This document shows positions 53,139-64,000 of a stretch of 64,000 nucleotides of DNA, one piece after another. Position 1 is the stretch's first letter. Each line of letters starts with the position of its first letter. The notes under the pieces are model-generated. The model had not been told where the DNA came from. It worked only from the letters and a program-made list of their open reading frames with translations, and ran no database searches. The position numbers and the translations under genes are program-made. The stretch is from Candidatus Oxydemutator sp. (GTDB lineage Bacteria > Pseudomonadota > Gammaproteobacteria > Poriferisulfidales > Oxydemutatoraceae), in contig OZ241883.1 of assembly GCA_965203445.1 (NCBI GenBank), positions 1,376,001 through 1,440,000 on the forward strand, read 5' to 3'.

Positions 53139-54023
53139 TTACTCCGACTCCTCCCGTTCCTCGGGCCACACCAGCAGCAGCTCGCGGCTGTGGATCAGGT
53201 CGGCGAGCGGCTTGGCCTGGATCACCGCAAAATTGTCGCCGGCTTCGCTGGTGACGTTCAGCACCTGGCCGACCGGGTAGTCCCCGGGATAGCGTCCGTC
53301 CAGCCCCGAGGTGTAGATGACGTCGCCCTCGCGGATGTCCGCCGTCGTCGGCACGTATTCCAGCTTCAATTGCCTCGGGTTGCCGGTGCCGGATACGAGC
53401 ATACGCAGCTGCGAGCGGCCTATCTGCCCCAGCAGCGCGTGTCCCGGATTCGAGATGAGCGTGACGTCGGCGGTCAGCGGTGTCACCGACGACACCTGCC
53501 CGATGACGCCCTTGACGTCGAGCACCGGCTGTCCCGGATAGACGTTGTGGTTGCTGCCCTTGTTGATGACGATTTGCTGCTCGAACGGGGCGAGGTTGAC
53601 GCCGACCAGCTTGGCGACGGTGATCTTGCGGTTGTCGGTCTCGGCCGGTGATTGCAGCAGCCGGCGCAGGTGGCGGTTCTCGTTCTCGTACACCGCCAGT
53701 TTTTGCAGTTCGGAGTTGAGCAGCAGGTTGTTGTAGCGCAGTCGCTCGATCTCGTGCAGCAGTTCCGAGCGCCCGCTGATGTAGTCGCGCGCCAGGTCGG
53801 CCGCCTTCGGCGGCAGATTGGCGACGGAGTGCACCAGGTAGCTGAAGAGGTCGAGGTGGCGCAGGGTGGCCTTGATGTCGAGGACGTTGTAGGGGCTGAG
53901 CGAGGCTTCGCGCCCGGCGTCGTCGCGCGCGTAGCGATGATCGTAGATCATCAGGGCGACGGCGATCGCCGCAAACAGGATGAACCTGGGCAGCAGGCTG
54001 TATCGGCTGAAAAGTTTTTTGAT
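53139..54023 (-). CDS. mreC: Rod shape-determining protein MreC (probable ATC start)
   Basis: ENRHLRRLL, INKG, GVIGQV, TSGLDGRYP. The N-terminus (M)KKLFSR and the TM helix lie upstream of the first ATG. Confidence 0.9.
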   Translation of the reverse strand: MKKLFSRYSLLPRFILFAAIAVALMIYDHRYARDDAGREASLSPYNVLDIKATLRHLDLFSYLVHSVANLPPKAADLARDYISGRSELLHEIERLRYNNLLLNSELQKLAVYENENRHLRRLLQSPAETDNRKITVAKLVGVNLAPFEQQIVINKGSNHNVYPGQPVLDVKGVIGQVSSVTPLTADVTLISNPGHALLGQIGRSQLRMLVSGTGNPRQLKLEYVPTTADIREGDVIYTSGLDGRYPGDYPVGQVLNVTSEAGDNFAVIQAKPLADLIHSRELLLVWPEEREESE

Positions 54024-54059
54024 GGCGTCCTCCGTGCCGGCGGCGTCGCTTCCCGCCGC

Positions 54060-55136
<1,077 letters not shown>

Positions 55137-55140
55137 CTAT

Positions 55141-56433
55141 GGGAATTATATACTTTAATCCGTGAGGATTAGAGTATCCATTTGACGTTTCACAGGCCAA
55201 GTAACCTTGCAACCTCCACGTCCGGCAGCCCTATTCCCGAAGGCCAATATGTTCAACGCGGCATTGACATCCGCATTATCCCGATGACCGCAAGCACTAC
55301 ATAGAAACGCCGCCTGCGTCTTTCTGTTCTCTTTATCCACGTTCCCACACTCGTTACAAGTCTGGCTCGTATATGCGGGATTGAGGTAATTCGTATTCGT
55401 CTTGTAATCCAGGCACTGGTGAAACTTGCCCCAACAAGACGCCAGAATTGCGCGGTTCAATTCAGCCTTGGCGCGGACGTTCGTTCCGGGATTGTCCTTC
55501 GTTCCCTTGGCGCTTCTGGTCAGGCCCCGGTTGTTCAACTTCTCCAGGTGAACCCGCGAATACCTGTTCGCTATATCCCTGCTTACATGATGGCACCAGT
55601 TGTGCCTTACATGATGTATCCTGCCACTCGTTACGGCATGCAACTGCTTCGCGCGCAAGTAACGGTTGGACGGCCTTGTTCCATGCTTTCTACTGCCGCA
55701 CCTGCGCCGCGCCATCATCCTCTGATAACGGCGCTTGCGCGCCTCTAATCGTTCTCTATCCGGCAACCGATATACAGAGCCATCCGAGCAGGTTACCTGA
55801 CCGACGTTGCGATCTATGCCGACCTCCCCTTCAGGTTTCACTGCTTCGGCCTGTTCCACTTCATACACGATATACGCATACCACTTGCCGCATTCCCGCT
55901 TGACCGTGCCGGACTTGGGCACACCGTCCGCATACGGGTTGTGGCCAAGCAGCAGCACCTCGCCTATCTTGGCGATATAGAGATAACGTCCCTTCAAACG
56001 GAACGCTCCGGCACATAACGGGAAACTATCGGGATGGACATACCTGGCATGGAAACGCGGCAGGCCGCCTTCCTTCTTATAGAATTGCTTGTATGCGGTC
56101 TCTATCGGCTTCAACGCCTGACGCACTATCGGCATCGAATACTCCTGCAACCAGGGCGCATAATGCCTGCGTAGTACGGTGAACAACTTACCCATCGAAT
56201 AAAACCTGTAATCTACAATTCCCAATGCAAGATTTTCCTTCCCATAGTAGATATATTCGTCCCGCAACTTGCCCACAAAATGGTTCCACACGTAACGGCA
56301 CGCACCGGCGGTTCCCGCCAACTTGCGCGCCTTGGCACGAGTGCTGGCATGTAGCCTGTATCGGATTGTTCGATGGACTTTCATTTGTCAAGTTGTCTAT
56401 ATAATCTCCCTACGGATTTAAAGTATAATTCCC
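55141..56433 (-). mobile_element. Non-autonomous tnpB-carrying element bounded by imperfect terminal inverted repeats (GGGAATTATA...) and a probable target-site duplication
   Basis: Left end GGGAATTATATACTTTAATCCGTGAGGATTA versus right end reverse complement GGGAATTATACTTTAAATCCGTAGGGAGATTA. Flanks CATACTAT and TATACTAC. Lower GC than the host. Sits between divergent mreB and gatC. Confidence 0.75.
55155..56384 (-). CDS. tnpB: TnpB RNA-guided endonuclease
   Basis: N-terminal YRL..GACRYVWN, RuvC-I GIDRN, RuvC-II HLEKL, Zn finger CNECG/CSACG, RuvC-III NADVNAALNI. Confidence 0.95.
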   Translation of the reverse strand: MKVHRTIRYRLHASTRAKARKLAGTAGACRYVWNHFVGKLRDEYIYYGKENLALGIVDYRFYSMGKLFTVLRRHYAPWLQEYSMPIVRQALKPIETAYKQFYKKEGGLPRFHARYVHPDSFPLCAGAFRLKGRYLYIAKIGEVLLLGHNPYADGVPKSGTVKRECGKWYAYIVYEVEQAEAVKPEGEVGIDRNVGQVTCSDGSVYRLPDRERLEARKRRYQRMMARRRCGSRKHGTRPSNRYLRAKQLHAVTSGRIHHVRHNWCHHVSRDIANRYSRVHLEKLNNRGLTRSAKGTKDNPGTNVRAKAELNRAILASCWGKFHQCLDYKTNTNYLNPAYTSQTCNECGNVDKENRKTQAAFLCSACGHRDNADVNAALNILAFGNRAAGRGGCKVTWPVKRQMDTLILTD

Positions 56434-56479
56434 TATACTACCAACGAACGGCGGCACGTGCAAGTGATCGCCGTGATTA

Positions 56480-56773
56480 TTGTCGACGCCGATGAAAACG
56501 GAAGAGGTCATGAAACTCGCGCGGCTTGCGCGGCTGCGAGTGGGCGCGGAGGAAGTCGAGGGCCTGGGTCGTGATTTGTCGGCCATCCTGTCTTTCGCCG
56601 AGCGTCTCGAAGCCGCCGACCTCGAGGGCGTGGAACCGCTGGCGCATCCGCTCGATATGGTGCAGCGTCTGCGCCCGGACGAGGTCGGCGAAGGCGATGC
56701 GCGCGACGCATTGCAGACCGTCGCGCCGCAGACGCGCGACGGCTTCTACGTCGTCCCCAAAGTGATCGAATGA
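56480..56773 (+). CDS. gatC: Asp-tRNA(Asn)/Glu-tRNA(Gln) amidotransferase subunit C
   Basis: LARLARL, EPLAHP, LRPD, VPKVIE. Confidence 0.95.
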   Translation: MSTPMKTEEVMKLARLARLRVGAEEVEGLGRDLSAILSFAERLEAADLEGVEPLAHPLDMVQRLRPDEVGEGDARDALQTVAPQTRDGFYVVPKVIE

Positions 56774-56795
56774 CGCCGGCGGACGGCGCCGCGCC

Positions 56796-58250
56796 GTGCT
56801 GAACCAACCGTTGAGCGCGCTTGCGCGCGGCCTGCGCGAGCGCCGATTTTCGAGCGTCGAGCTGACGCAGTTTTTTCTCGAGCGCATACGCGCCCGCGCC
56901 CCGGAACTCAACGCGTTCATCACCGTCACCGAGGAGCGGGCGCTTGCAAGTGCGCGCGCCGCCGACCGCAGGCTGGCTGCTGGCGACGCGCATCCGCTGA
57001 CCGGTATTCCCTACGCCCACAAGGACGTGTTTTGCACCGAGGGCGTGCTTACGACCTGCGCCTCGAAGATGCTGCACAATTTCGTATCGCCGTACGACGC
57101 CGCCGTCAGCACGATGCTGAAGGACGCCGGCATGGTGATGCTCGGCAAGACCAACATGGACGAGTTTGCGATGGGCTCCTCGAACGAGACCAGTTTCTAC
57201 GGTGCGGTGCGCAACCCGTGGGACCTCGAGCGCGTGCCCGGCGGCTCGTCCGGCGGTTCGGCGGCGGCGGTGGCGGCGCGCCTTGCGCCGTGCGCGACCG
57301 GCACCGACACCGGCGGCTCGATACGCCAGCCGGCGTCGCTGTGCGGCGTAACCGGCATCAAGCCCACCTACGGCCGGGTTTCGCGCTACGGCATGGTCGC
57401 GTTCGCCTCGAGCCTCGATCAGGCCGGGGTGTTCGGCGCCGGCGCCGACGACTGCGCGTTGATGCTGCAAGCCATCGCCGGCTTTGATCGGCGCGACTCG
57501 ACCAGCACCGAGCGTCCGGTTCCCGATTACGCGCGCGCCCTTGGCGACGGCGTCGCGGGGTTGCGCGTCGGTCTGCCGCGCGAGTATTTCGACGACGATC
57601 TCGACCCGCGCATCGGAGCGGTGATCGAGGACGCGGTCGGCGTGCTGCGCGGCCTCGGTTGCAAGGTTGTCGAAGTCTCGCTGCCGTCCACGCCGTTGGC
57701 GGTGCCGGCGTACTACATCCTGGCGCCGGCGGAATGTTCCTCCAATCTGGCGCGCTACGACGGCGTGCGCTACGGCCACCGCTGCGCCGCGCCGCAAAGT
57801 TGCGAGGACTTGTACACGCGCACGCGCGCCGAGGGTTTCGGCGCCGAGGTCAAACGGCGCGTTCTGATCGGCACCTACGTGTTGTCGTCGGGCTACTACG
57901 ACGCCTATTATCGGAAGGCGCAGAAGGCGCGCCGGCGCATCCGCGACGACTTCGCGCGCGCCTTTGCGCGCGCCGACGTGCTCGTCGGGCCGGCGTCGCC
58001 GACGACCGCGTTTCGCATGGGCGAGAAGCTCGACGATCCGGCGACGATGTATCTGTCCGACGTCTATACGCTGGCGGTCAACCTTGCGGGCCTGCCGGGA
58101 ATGGCCGTGCCGGCGGGTTTCGCCGGCGGTTTGCCGGTCGGTATGCAGATCATCGCGCCGCACTTTTGCGAGCGCGAACTGCTGCGCGTCGCGCACGCCT
58201 ACCAGCGCGAGACCGACTGGCACCGCCGCGTGCCTTCGGGGTTCGGATGA
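56796..58250 (+). CDS. gatA: Amidotransferase subunit A
   Basis: [40 protein letters not shown]. Confidence 0.97.
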   Translation: MLNQPLSALARGLRERRFSSVELTQFFLERIRARAPELNAFITVTEERALASARAADRRLAAGDAHPLTGIPYAHKDVFCTEGVLTTCASKMLHNFVSPYDAAVSTMLKDAGMVMLGKTNMDEFAMGSSNETSFYGAVRNPWDLERVPGGSSGGSAAAVAARLAPCATGTDTGGSIRQPASLCGVTGIKPTYGRVSRYGMVAFASSLDQAGVFGAGADDCALMLQAIAGFDRRDSTSTERPVPDYARALGDGVAGLRVGLPREYFDDDLDPRIGAVIEDAVGVLRGLGCKVVEVSLPSTPLAVPAYYILAPAECSSNLARYDGVRYGHRCAAPQSCEDLYTRTRAEGFGAEVKRRVLIGTYVLSSGYYDAYYRKAQKARRRIRDDFARAFARADVLVGPASPTTAFRMGEKLDDPATMYLSDVYTLAVNLAGLPGMAVPAGFAGGLPVGMQIIAPHFCERELLRVAHAYQRETDWHRRVPSGFG

Positions 58251-59686
58251 TGGAGTGGCAACCGGTCATCGGCCTCGAGCTGCACGCGCGGCTTACGACC
58301 AGAAGCAAGATGTTCTCCGGCGCGTCGGCGCGCTACGGCGCCGCGCCCAACGCCCGCGCGTGCGCGGTGGACGTCGCGCTGCCCGGCGTGTTGCCGGTGC
58401 TGAACGAGGCGGTGCTGCGCCAAGCCGTCGCCTTCGGCCTCGCCGTCGACGCGCGTATCGCCGAGCGTTCGGTGTTCGCGCGCAAGAATTATTTTTATCC
58501 CGATCTGCCGAAGGGCTACCAGATCAGCCAGTATGAACTGCCGATAGTCGCCGACGGGCGGATCGAAATCCCGCTGCCGGGCGGCGGCGTCAAGACGGTG
58601 CGCATCGAGCGCGCCCACCTGGAGGAGGACGCCGGCAAGTCGGTGCACGAGGACCTGGGCGGCGTGACCGGGGTGGACTTGAACCGCGCCGGCACGGCCC
58701 TGCTCGAGATCGTCTCGCGCCCCGATATTGCGAGCGCGGCCGAGGCCGTCGCGTACATGAGACGCATCCACGCGCTGACCGTCTTTCTCGGAATCTGCGA
58801 CGGCAACATGCAGGAGGGATCGTTGCGCTGCGACGTCAACGTGTCGCTCAAGCGCGCCGACGCCGAGCAGCTTGGCGTGCGCACCGAGATCAAGAATCTC
58901 AATTCGTTTCGTTTCGTCGAACGCGCCATCGCGCATGAGATCGAGCGCCAGGCGGCGGTGCTCAACGGCGGCGGCGCGGTGCGACAGGAGACGCGCCTCT
59001 ACGATGCGGACAAGGACGAGACCCGCCCGATGCGCGGCAAGGAAGAGGCCGAGGATTACCGCTACTTTCCCGACCCCGATCTGCTGCCGGTGGTCGTCGG
59101 CGCGGCGCTGATCGAGGAGGTGCGCGCGTCGCTGCCGGAATTGCAGCCGCAGATGCGCGCGCGCTTCGTTGCCGACTACGGGCTGCCCGAACGCGCCGCC
59201 GAGCAACTGACCGCCTCCAGGGAGAGCGCCGTTTATTTCGAGGCGTGCGCGGCTGCGGGCAAGGTCGCGCCGAAGCTTGTCGCCAACTGGGTCACCGGCG
59301 CCCTCGCCGCGGGGCTGAACCGCGACGGCTTGCGGATAGAGGACAGCCCCGTCGCCCCCGAGCGCCTGGCCGGTCTGCTGAAGCACGTCGAAGACGGCGT
59401 GATCTCGGGCCACGCCGCGCGCGAGGTCTTCGACGAGATGTGGGGCGGCGCGGGCGAGGCCGGCGACATCATCGAGCGGCGCGGGCTTGCGCAAATCAGC
59501 GACGCCGACGCGCTTGCAAGCGTCATCGAGGCGGTGCTCTCCAGAAGCCGGAAGCAGATCGAGCAATACCGCGCCGGCAAGCAGAAGGTGTTCGGCTATT
59601 TTGTCGGCCAGGTGATGAAAGAGACCGGCGGCAAGGCAAACCCCGCCGAAGTCAACCGCCTGCTGAAAGAGAAGCTGGGAGAGTAG
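58247..59686 (+). CDS. gatB: Amidotransferase subunit B
   Basis: [42 protein letters not shown]. Confidence 0.97.
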   Translation: MMEWQPVIGLELHARLTTRSKMFSGASARYGAAPNARACAVDVALPGVLPVLNEAVLRQAVAFGLAVDARIAERSVFARKNYFYPDLPKGYQISQYELPIVADGRIEIPLPGGGVKTVRIERAHLEEDAGKSVHEDLGGVTGVDLNRAGTALLEIVSRPDIASAAEAVAYMRRIHALTVFLGICDGNMQEGSLRCDVNVSLKRADAEQLGVRTEIKNLNSFRFVERAIAHEIERQAAVLNGGGAVRQETRLYDADKDETRPMRGKEEAEDYRYFPDPDLLPVVVGAALIEEVRASLPELQPQMRARFVADYGLPERAAEQLTASRESAVYFEACAAAGKVAPKLVANWVTGALAAGLNRDGLRIEDSPVAPERLAGLLKHVEDGVISGHAAREVFDEMWGGAGEAGDIIERRGLAQISDADALASVIEAVLSRSRKQIEQYRAGKQKVFGYFVGQVMKETGGKANPAEVNRLLKEKLGE

Positions 59687-59782
59687 CGCGGGATGGGGAT
59701 CGAGGAAACCCGATTCCGCCGGCGAATTATTGAACCTCTACAATCCGTCCCTCGAGAACGGACGGGGGGGCAGGCGGGCGCC

Positions 59783-60622
59783 TCAGAAAAACCAGACCCA
59801 CCGCAACGCGAGGCCGGTGTCCTCGCTCGACAACTCCTGCGGCACCAACACTCCGTTCAGGTCGAACGCGATCCAATCCTCGTCTTCGTAATCGTGGTAA
59901 TACACCTCGGCCTGAAGCGCCGTGTTAGCCGTAATTTTTTTCTCGAGGCCGGCGCCCGCCGTCCATGCTTTCATCCGTCGCCTGCGAACTTCCGTGCCGG
60001 TCAGCCGCGCGGTGCCCGCCGGGCAGGCGTTGTTGCCGTCCTCCAACGTCGGACATCCGTCGAACGAGACCGCCAGGCGCGTCCTGACGACGCGCGCACC
60101 GGCCAGGGCGTATACGCTCGATTCGCCGGCGAGCGCGCGCAGCCACTCGGGGCTGGCCCCCAATTTCAGCGTGACGCCGTAGCTTTCCTCTTTGCCGAAA
60201 GACCACGAGTCGGGCCAGCTCTCGCCCAGAAAGTTGCGCGTCGGCGTCATGCCGGCGCCCGCCAGCCGCCCGCGCGCGCTGCCGGAATGAAAGGCAAAGT
60301 CGAGTTCGCAGCCGAGATAGAGAGTTTCGCCCAAAGGAAAACGGTATCCGATCAGGGCGCCCCACGAATGGGTTGTTTCGTCCTCCGAACCCCGATCCGA
60401 GAACGTCATGCCGCGACGCGGCACCGCGACGCTCAGCGCGCTGTTGATCACGTCCTTGCTGAAAACCGGGTCTATCCGCTCAAGCCCCGCGGACACCCCG
60501 GCGTAGAAACCGCCGGGCGAGGCCGAGACGTTCGGCGCAACGACAAAAAGACCCGTCGCAAAGAAGACCGCGACAAAGAAGACCGCCCCACGGCTTTTCC
60601 GGCTTTTCCATCTTTCGACCAT
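59783..60622 (-). CDS. Outer-membrane beta-barrel (porin/OmpA-like) protein
   Basis: Signal peptide, GFYAG, GALIGYRF, WTAGAGLE, C-terminal aromatic strand ending in F. Confidence 0.75.
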   Translation of the reverse strand: MVERWKSRKSRGAVFFVAVFFATGLFVVAPNVSASPGGFYAGVSAGLERIDPVFSKDVINSALSVAVPRRGMTFSDRGSEDETTHSWGALIGYRFPLGETLYLGCELDFAFHSGSARGRLAGAGMTPTRNFLGESWPDSWSFGKEESYGVTLKLGASPEWLRALAGESSVYALAGARVVRTRLAVSFDGCPTLEDGNNACPAGTARLTGTEVRRRRMKAWTAGAGLEKKITANTALQAEVYYHDYEDEDWIAFDLNGVLVPQELSSEDTGLALRWVWFF

Positions 60623-60781
60623 GCCGCACATTATATAGGGTTTCTGCACCATTCCCTCAGGCCGGGAGCCTGGGCGTGGAGATTACAGATACAATAGCCT
60701 GGATGTTCCACGCGGGTGATTCCTTGCGCCTGAGGCAGTCAAGTCAGGGCGCTCAAATCCGCGTCGGGCGACACGCGAAGC

Positions 60782-63382
60782 ATGAAACTTTTCGAGAAAC
60801 TGCAAGCCGATGCGTTGCGTTGGCGCAAAGGCGGCTACGACGGCACGGATACCCCTCTCATCGGCGAGATACTGCGCTGGCAGTTCGAGGGCGGCCGCGA
60901 CGAGCGTGGCGACGGCGTTTTGCTGAAATACCTGCGGGAACCGCAATTCCAGGCATTGGAAGTGTACTGGTTTGTTCGCTTGGCGTTGGGAACCCCGCAC
61001 GTCATAGACCTGTACAAAAAGTACTACGGGCACGACGACGAAGAATTTCTTAACGCGCTGGGTGTTCCGAGGTCGCGGGAAGCTTTGGATTATGCGACGC
61101 CGGATGCGGTGATCGAGAAAATCAGGAACGATGACGATTTTGTCGCCAGAAGGAGAATTCAGGCATTGCACGAGGCGGTGGTGCTGGACTATCCGAGCTA
61201 CATACTGGCGCTGGCCATGGGCGCCGGCAAGACCGTGCTGATCGGCACGATCATCGCCACCGAGTTTGCGATGTCGCTGCGTTATCCCGACGGGAAGTTC
61301 ATGAAGAACGCCCTCGTGTTCGCTCCCGGCACGACCATCATAGAAAGCCTGCGCGAACTCAGCGGTATGCCATTCGAGAAGATTCTGCCGCCCGACATGC
61401 ACCGGGACTTCATGGCCAATCTGAAAATCGAATATCCGAACGCCAAGACGAAGGAGATACAGGCGCAGGAGGGCGGCGGTTACAACCTGATCGTCACCAA
61501 TACCGAGAAAATCAGCCTGCGCGCGAAGCGCCGGAGCAATCAAAGCGACCTCGATTTCGAGCATGCGGAATTGGAGGCGAACCGCCGGTTGCAGAAGATC
61601 GCCAGCCTGCCCGACCTCGGCATTTTTTCCGACGAGGCGCACCACACCTACGGCAACACCTTCGACAAACTCAAGCGCGTGCGCGAGACGATCAACTACA
61701 TTCATCGGCAGACGCCGATAGCGGCGGTCGTCAACACCACCGGCACGCCTTATTACCGGAAACAGGTTTTGAAGGAGGTCATCGTCTGGTACGGGCTTGG
61801 AGACGGCATCCGCGACGGCATCCTGAAGGATTTGAACGACGGGATCTACCAGTACGACATAAAGGAGCAATCCGAACAGGAGGTGTTCGGCAACATTATC
61901 CAGGTGTTCTTTCAGAAGTACGGCGACGTCACGATGCCCGACGGCGCCAAGGCGAAGATCGCCTTTTATTTCAAAACCCAGGAGCACCTGAACCGATCCC
62001 GCCCCCACATAGAGGCGGCGATGGTCGAGGCCGGTCAGAGCGGCGCACAGATTTTAGTCAACACGCAGCAGTCCGGCAAAGAGGAAGTGGACGACTTCAA
62101 GCGCCTGAACAACCCCGGCCACCAGAAGCGCGTGATATTGCTGATAGGCAAGGGCGTCGAGGGCTGGAATTGCCCCAGCCTGTTCGCCTGCGCCCTCATC
62201 AAGGAGCAGGCCGGCAACAACTACGTCCTGCAAGCCGCCACCCGCTGCCTGCGCCAGGTGCCCGGCAACCCCCATTCTGCAAAAGTGTTCCTGGACTACG
62301 GCAACGCGAAAATTTTGGACAAGGAACTGCAAAGCAACTTCGGCACCGACCTCGACCGCCTCAGCGCCAGCAGAAACAAAAAGAAAACCGTCACTCTGCG
62401 CGTCGTAAAGATGAAGCTGCCGAAACTGGAGATTACCCGCACCGTCGAACGCGCCGTCCACCACGGGCGGGCACATGTGGAGATCACGCTGAAGAAGCCG
62501 AGGTCGCAGAAGCCGCCTGCGATTCTGCGCGCCGTTTTGACGCCGGATTTCAGCGGCCCCGGGGAAATTCTGATTCCGACGGGCGAGATGAAGGAGTTGC
62601 CTTCCGGCGCGAAGAAGACCGACTGCCATACCGTCGCGCGCAAGATCGTCGCCCGATACCACGTGCCGTTCCTGCCGGTTTTGCGGGCACTGAAAGGTTT
62701 GTATCCCAGGGGGCAAGTGCCGAACGGCCATCTGTACGGATTGTTTCGGCAGGTGGAGAAGCAGCAGATGGATTATCGGACGGTCGAGGAACGGGTGACC
62801 GAGATGATGGCGCTGATCCGCATGCAGGATGAGGACGGAAAGGATGTTTTTGAAAAGGACGATGATGGCGTTTACGTCCATAGACTGCGGATGCTCGAAC
62901 AGACTTGCGAGCAGATGAAGAAGGACGGGTTGTTTGCCGAAAAAGACGAGTATGACGACAAACGCAATTTGAGTTTCCATTACACGCCCTATAACCTTGA
63001 CAGCATGTCGGAGCGTTTCTTTCTCCGCCGGATTTTGTCGTTCATCAGCGTTAAACCTGCCGACGTGGAGGCGTTCCTGTTCACGGGCGGCCTGACCGAT
63101 CCGAAGAAGACCGACTTTCACTTTGAATACCTGGGCGAGGACGGGCGCTACCACCGCTACTTTCCCGACTTTGTCATTGCAAAAAAGACCGGCGAGTTTT
63201 ATATTGTCGAGATCAAAGCCGAGCGTGAGCGCGGAGACAAAACGGTGGAGGCAAAGAAAAAAGCGGTGGAAAAGTTGCAGAAAATGCAACCCGAAAAGTT
63301 CAAATACAGCGTCGTCTATGCCGAAAACACCTCAATAAGCGTACAGGAAACCAAGCCAATTACGGATTGGATAGCTTCATAG
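60782..63382 (+). CDS. Type III restriction Res-like SF2 helicase with C-terminal PD-(D/E)XK nuclease
   Basis: LREPQ, LAMGAGKT, SDEAHH, EGWN, QAATRCLR, YFPDFVI...VEIK. Confidence 0.88.
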   Translation: MKLFEKLQADALRWRKGGYDGTDTPLIGEILRWQFEGGRDERGDGVLLKYLREPQFQALEVYWFVRLALGTPHVIDLYKKYYGHDDEEFLNALGVPRSREALDYATPDAVIEKIRNDDDFVARRRIQALHEAVVLDYPSYILALAMGAGKTVLIGTIIATEFAMSLRYPDGKFMKNALVFAPGTTIIESLRELSGMPFEKILPPDMHRDFMANLKIEYPNAKTKEIQAQEGGGYNLIVTNTEKISLRAKRRSNQSDLDFEHAELEANRRLQKIASLPDLGIFSDEAHHTYGNTFDKLKRVRETINYIHRQTPIAAVVNTTGTPYYRKQVLKEVIVWYGLGDGIRDGILKDLNDGIYQYDIKEQSEQEVFGNIIQVFFQKYGDVTMPDGAKAKIAFYFKTQEHLNRSRPHIEAAMVEAGQSGAQILVNTQQSGKEEVDDFKRLNNPGHQKRVILLIGKGVEGWNCPSLFACALIKEQAGNNYVLQAATRCLRQVPGNPHSAKVFLDYGNAKILDKELQSNFGTDLDRLSASRNKKKTVTLRVVKMKLPKLEITRTVERAVHHGRAHVEITLKKPRSQKPPAILRAVLTPDFSGPGEILIPTGEMKELPSGAKKTDCHTVARKIVARYHVPFLPVLRALKGLYPRGQVPNGHLYGLFRQVEKQQMDYRTVEERVTEMMALIRMQDEDGKDVFEKDDDGVYVHRLRMLEQTCEQMKKDGLFAEKDEYDDKRNLSFHYTPYNLDSMSERFFLRRILSFISVKPADVEAFLFTGGLTDPKKTDFHFEYLGEDGRYHRYFPDFVIAKKTGEFYIVEIKAERERGDKTVEAKKKAVEKLQKMQPEKFKYSVVYAENTSISVQETKPITDWIAS

Positions 63383-63390
63383 AAAGTAAT

Positions 63391-63888
63391 ATGCAAACGC
63401 AAACGAGAACACAAATGTCGACTCATGCCAGACATATCGCGGCAAAAGTCGCCGCGGATCTGAAGAGAGTCCAGCGTATCTACGGGGTCGGCAGACCCTC
63501 GGATGCAGAAATTGATGAATATCAGGAAGAGCTTACCTTGTTGCTGGATAAGGGTTATCTGGGCACGGTGACTTATGGTTTTCAACGGAATGGCAACTGG
63601 ATTGTCGCTTTGCAATATCGAGCGATGCAAAGAGGTCTATCCAATAATGATTCCTCTGGCGGTGCTGTATATCTCGGTGACGTGGGAGAGAATTTCTTTG
63701 GCTCTTTTCTGACGTGTTCCCCCCAATGGCATAACCTTGGCCGTGATGAACAAGACGCTTTTAGAGAGTTATTGTCATTCCAAAGGACGAATGGCAATGA
63801 ACTGGTTGTCGAAGGCCGGTGGGTTGAAGGCCGCAGCTACGCTTCCGGCCCTTTGGGAGTAAGTCGCTTCATGATAAAGAGGACGTGA
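63391..63888 (+). CDS. Bacterial HORMA domain protein (HORMA-1 / CBASS Cap7-like)
   Basis: THARHIAAKVAADLKR.QR.YG.PS...I..Y..E...LL..GYLGTVTYGFQR.GNW matches my recollection of the bacterial HORMA-1 family. Confidence 0.7.
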   Translation: MQTQTRTQMSTHARHIAAKVAADLKRVQRIYGVGRPSDAEIDEYQEELTLLLDKGYLGTVTYGFQRNGNWIVALQYRAMQRGLSNNDSSGGAVYLGDVGENFFGSFLTCSPQWHNLGRDEQDAFRELLSFQRTNGNELVVEGRWVEGRSYASGPLGVSRFMIKRT

Positions 63889-63934
63889 AGCGCAATCAAC
63901 GCTGGTCTGCATGATGACTACCCGGAGCAAGTGA

Positions 63935-64000
63935 ATGGTCGAACAAAACTACCGAAGCATTGCTGAGCAGGAAGCCATAATTAAGCGACTCGAAAGCAGG
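63935..64000 (+). CDS. Start of an unidentified CDS running off the window
   Basis: GGAG SD, ATG at 63935, frame open to the window end (MVEQNYRSIAEQEAIIKRLESR). Confidence 0.4.
   Translation, partial: MVEQNYRSIAEQEAIIKRLESR

Overview
A GC-rich bacterial chromosome segment, most consistent with a gammaproteobacterium (inferred from the gene order prfB-lysS, gph-ubiG-mtaD / gyrA-serC-pheA, mreBCD / gatCAB). It also carries H4MPT/methylofuran C1-cofactor genes. Four accessory blocks interrupt the core genes. (1) About 0.7-23.1 kb: an AAA+/DUF4143 ATPase preceded by five 23-bp tandem repeats, an orphan DNA methyltransferase, an AlbA_2/HATPase protein, a ~117-repeat CRISPR array and a complete Myxan/Cmx8-type I-B cas operon with a divergent HNH nuclease. 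Overlapping spacers imply a 5'-ATG PAM, and cas8 contains a hidden Cas11 start. (2) About 36.9-47.6 kb, between mtaD and gyrA: a tightly coupled five-gene operon (Cys-rich PAPS-reductase/PP-loop enzyme, DUF262-HNH GmrSD-like nuclease, GHKL ATPase, two unknown proteins). I cannot match it to a named system, and it is the best candidate for an undescribed DNA modification/restriction defence system. A BCCT transporter and two DNA MTases with no nuclease follow it. (3) About 55.1-56.4 kb: a lone tnpB with intact catalytic motifs, bounded by ~35-40 bp terminal inverted repeats and a probable target-site duplication, which is atypical for IS200/IS605. (4) From 60.8 kb: a type III Res-like helicase-nuclease followed by a bacterial HORMA protein. 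All calls come from reading motifs by eye, and no database searches were run.
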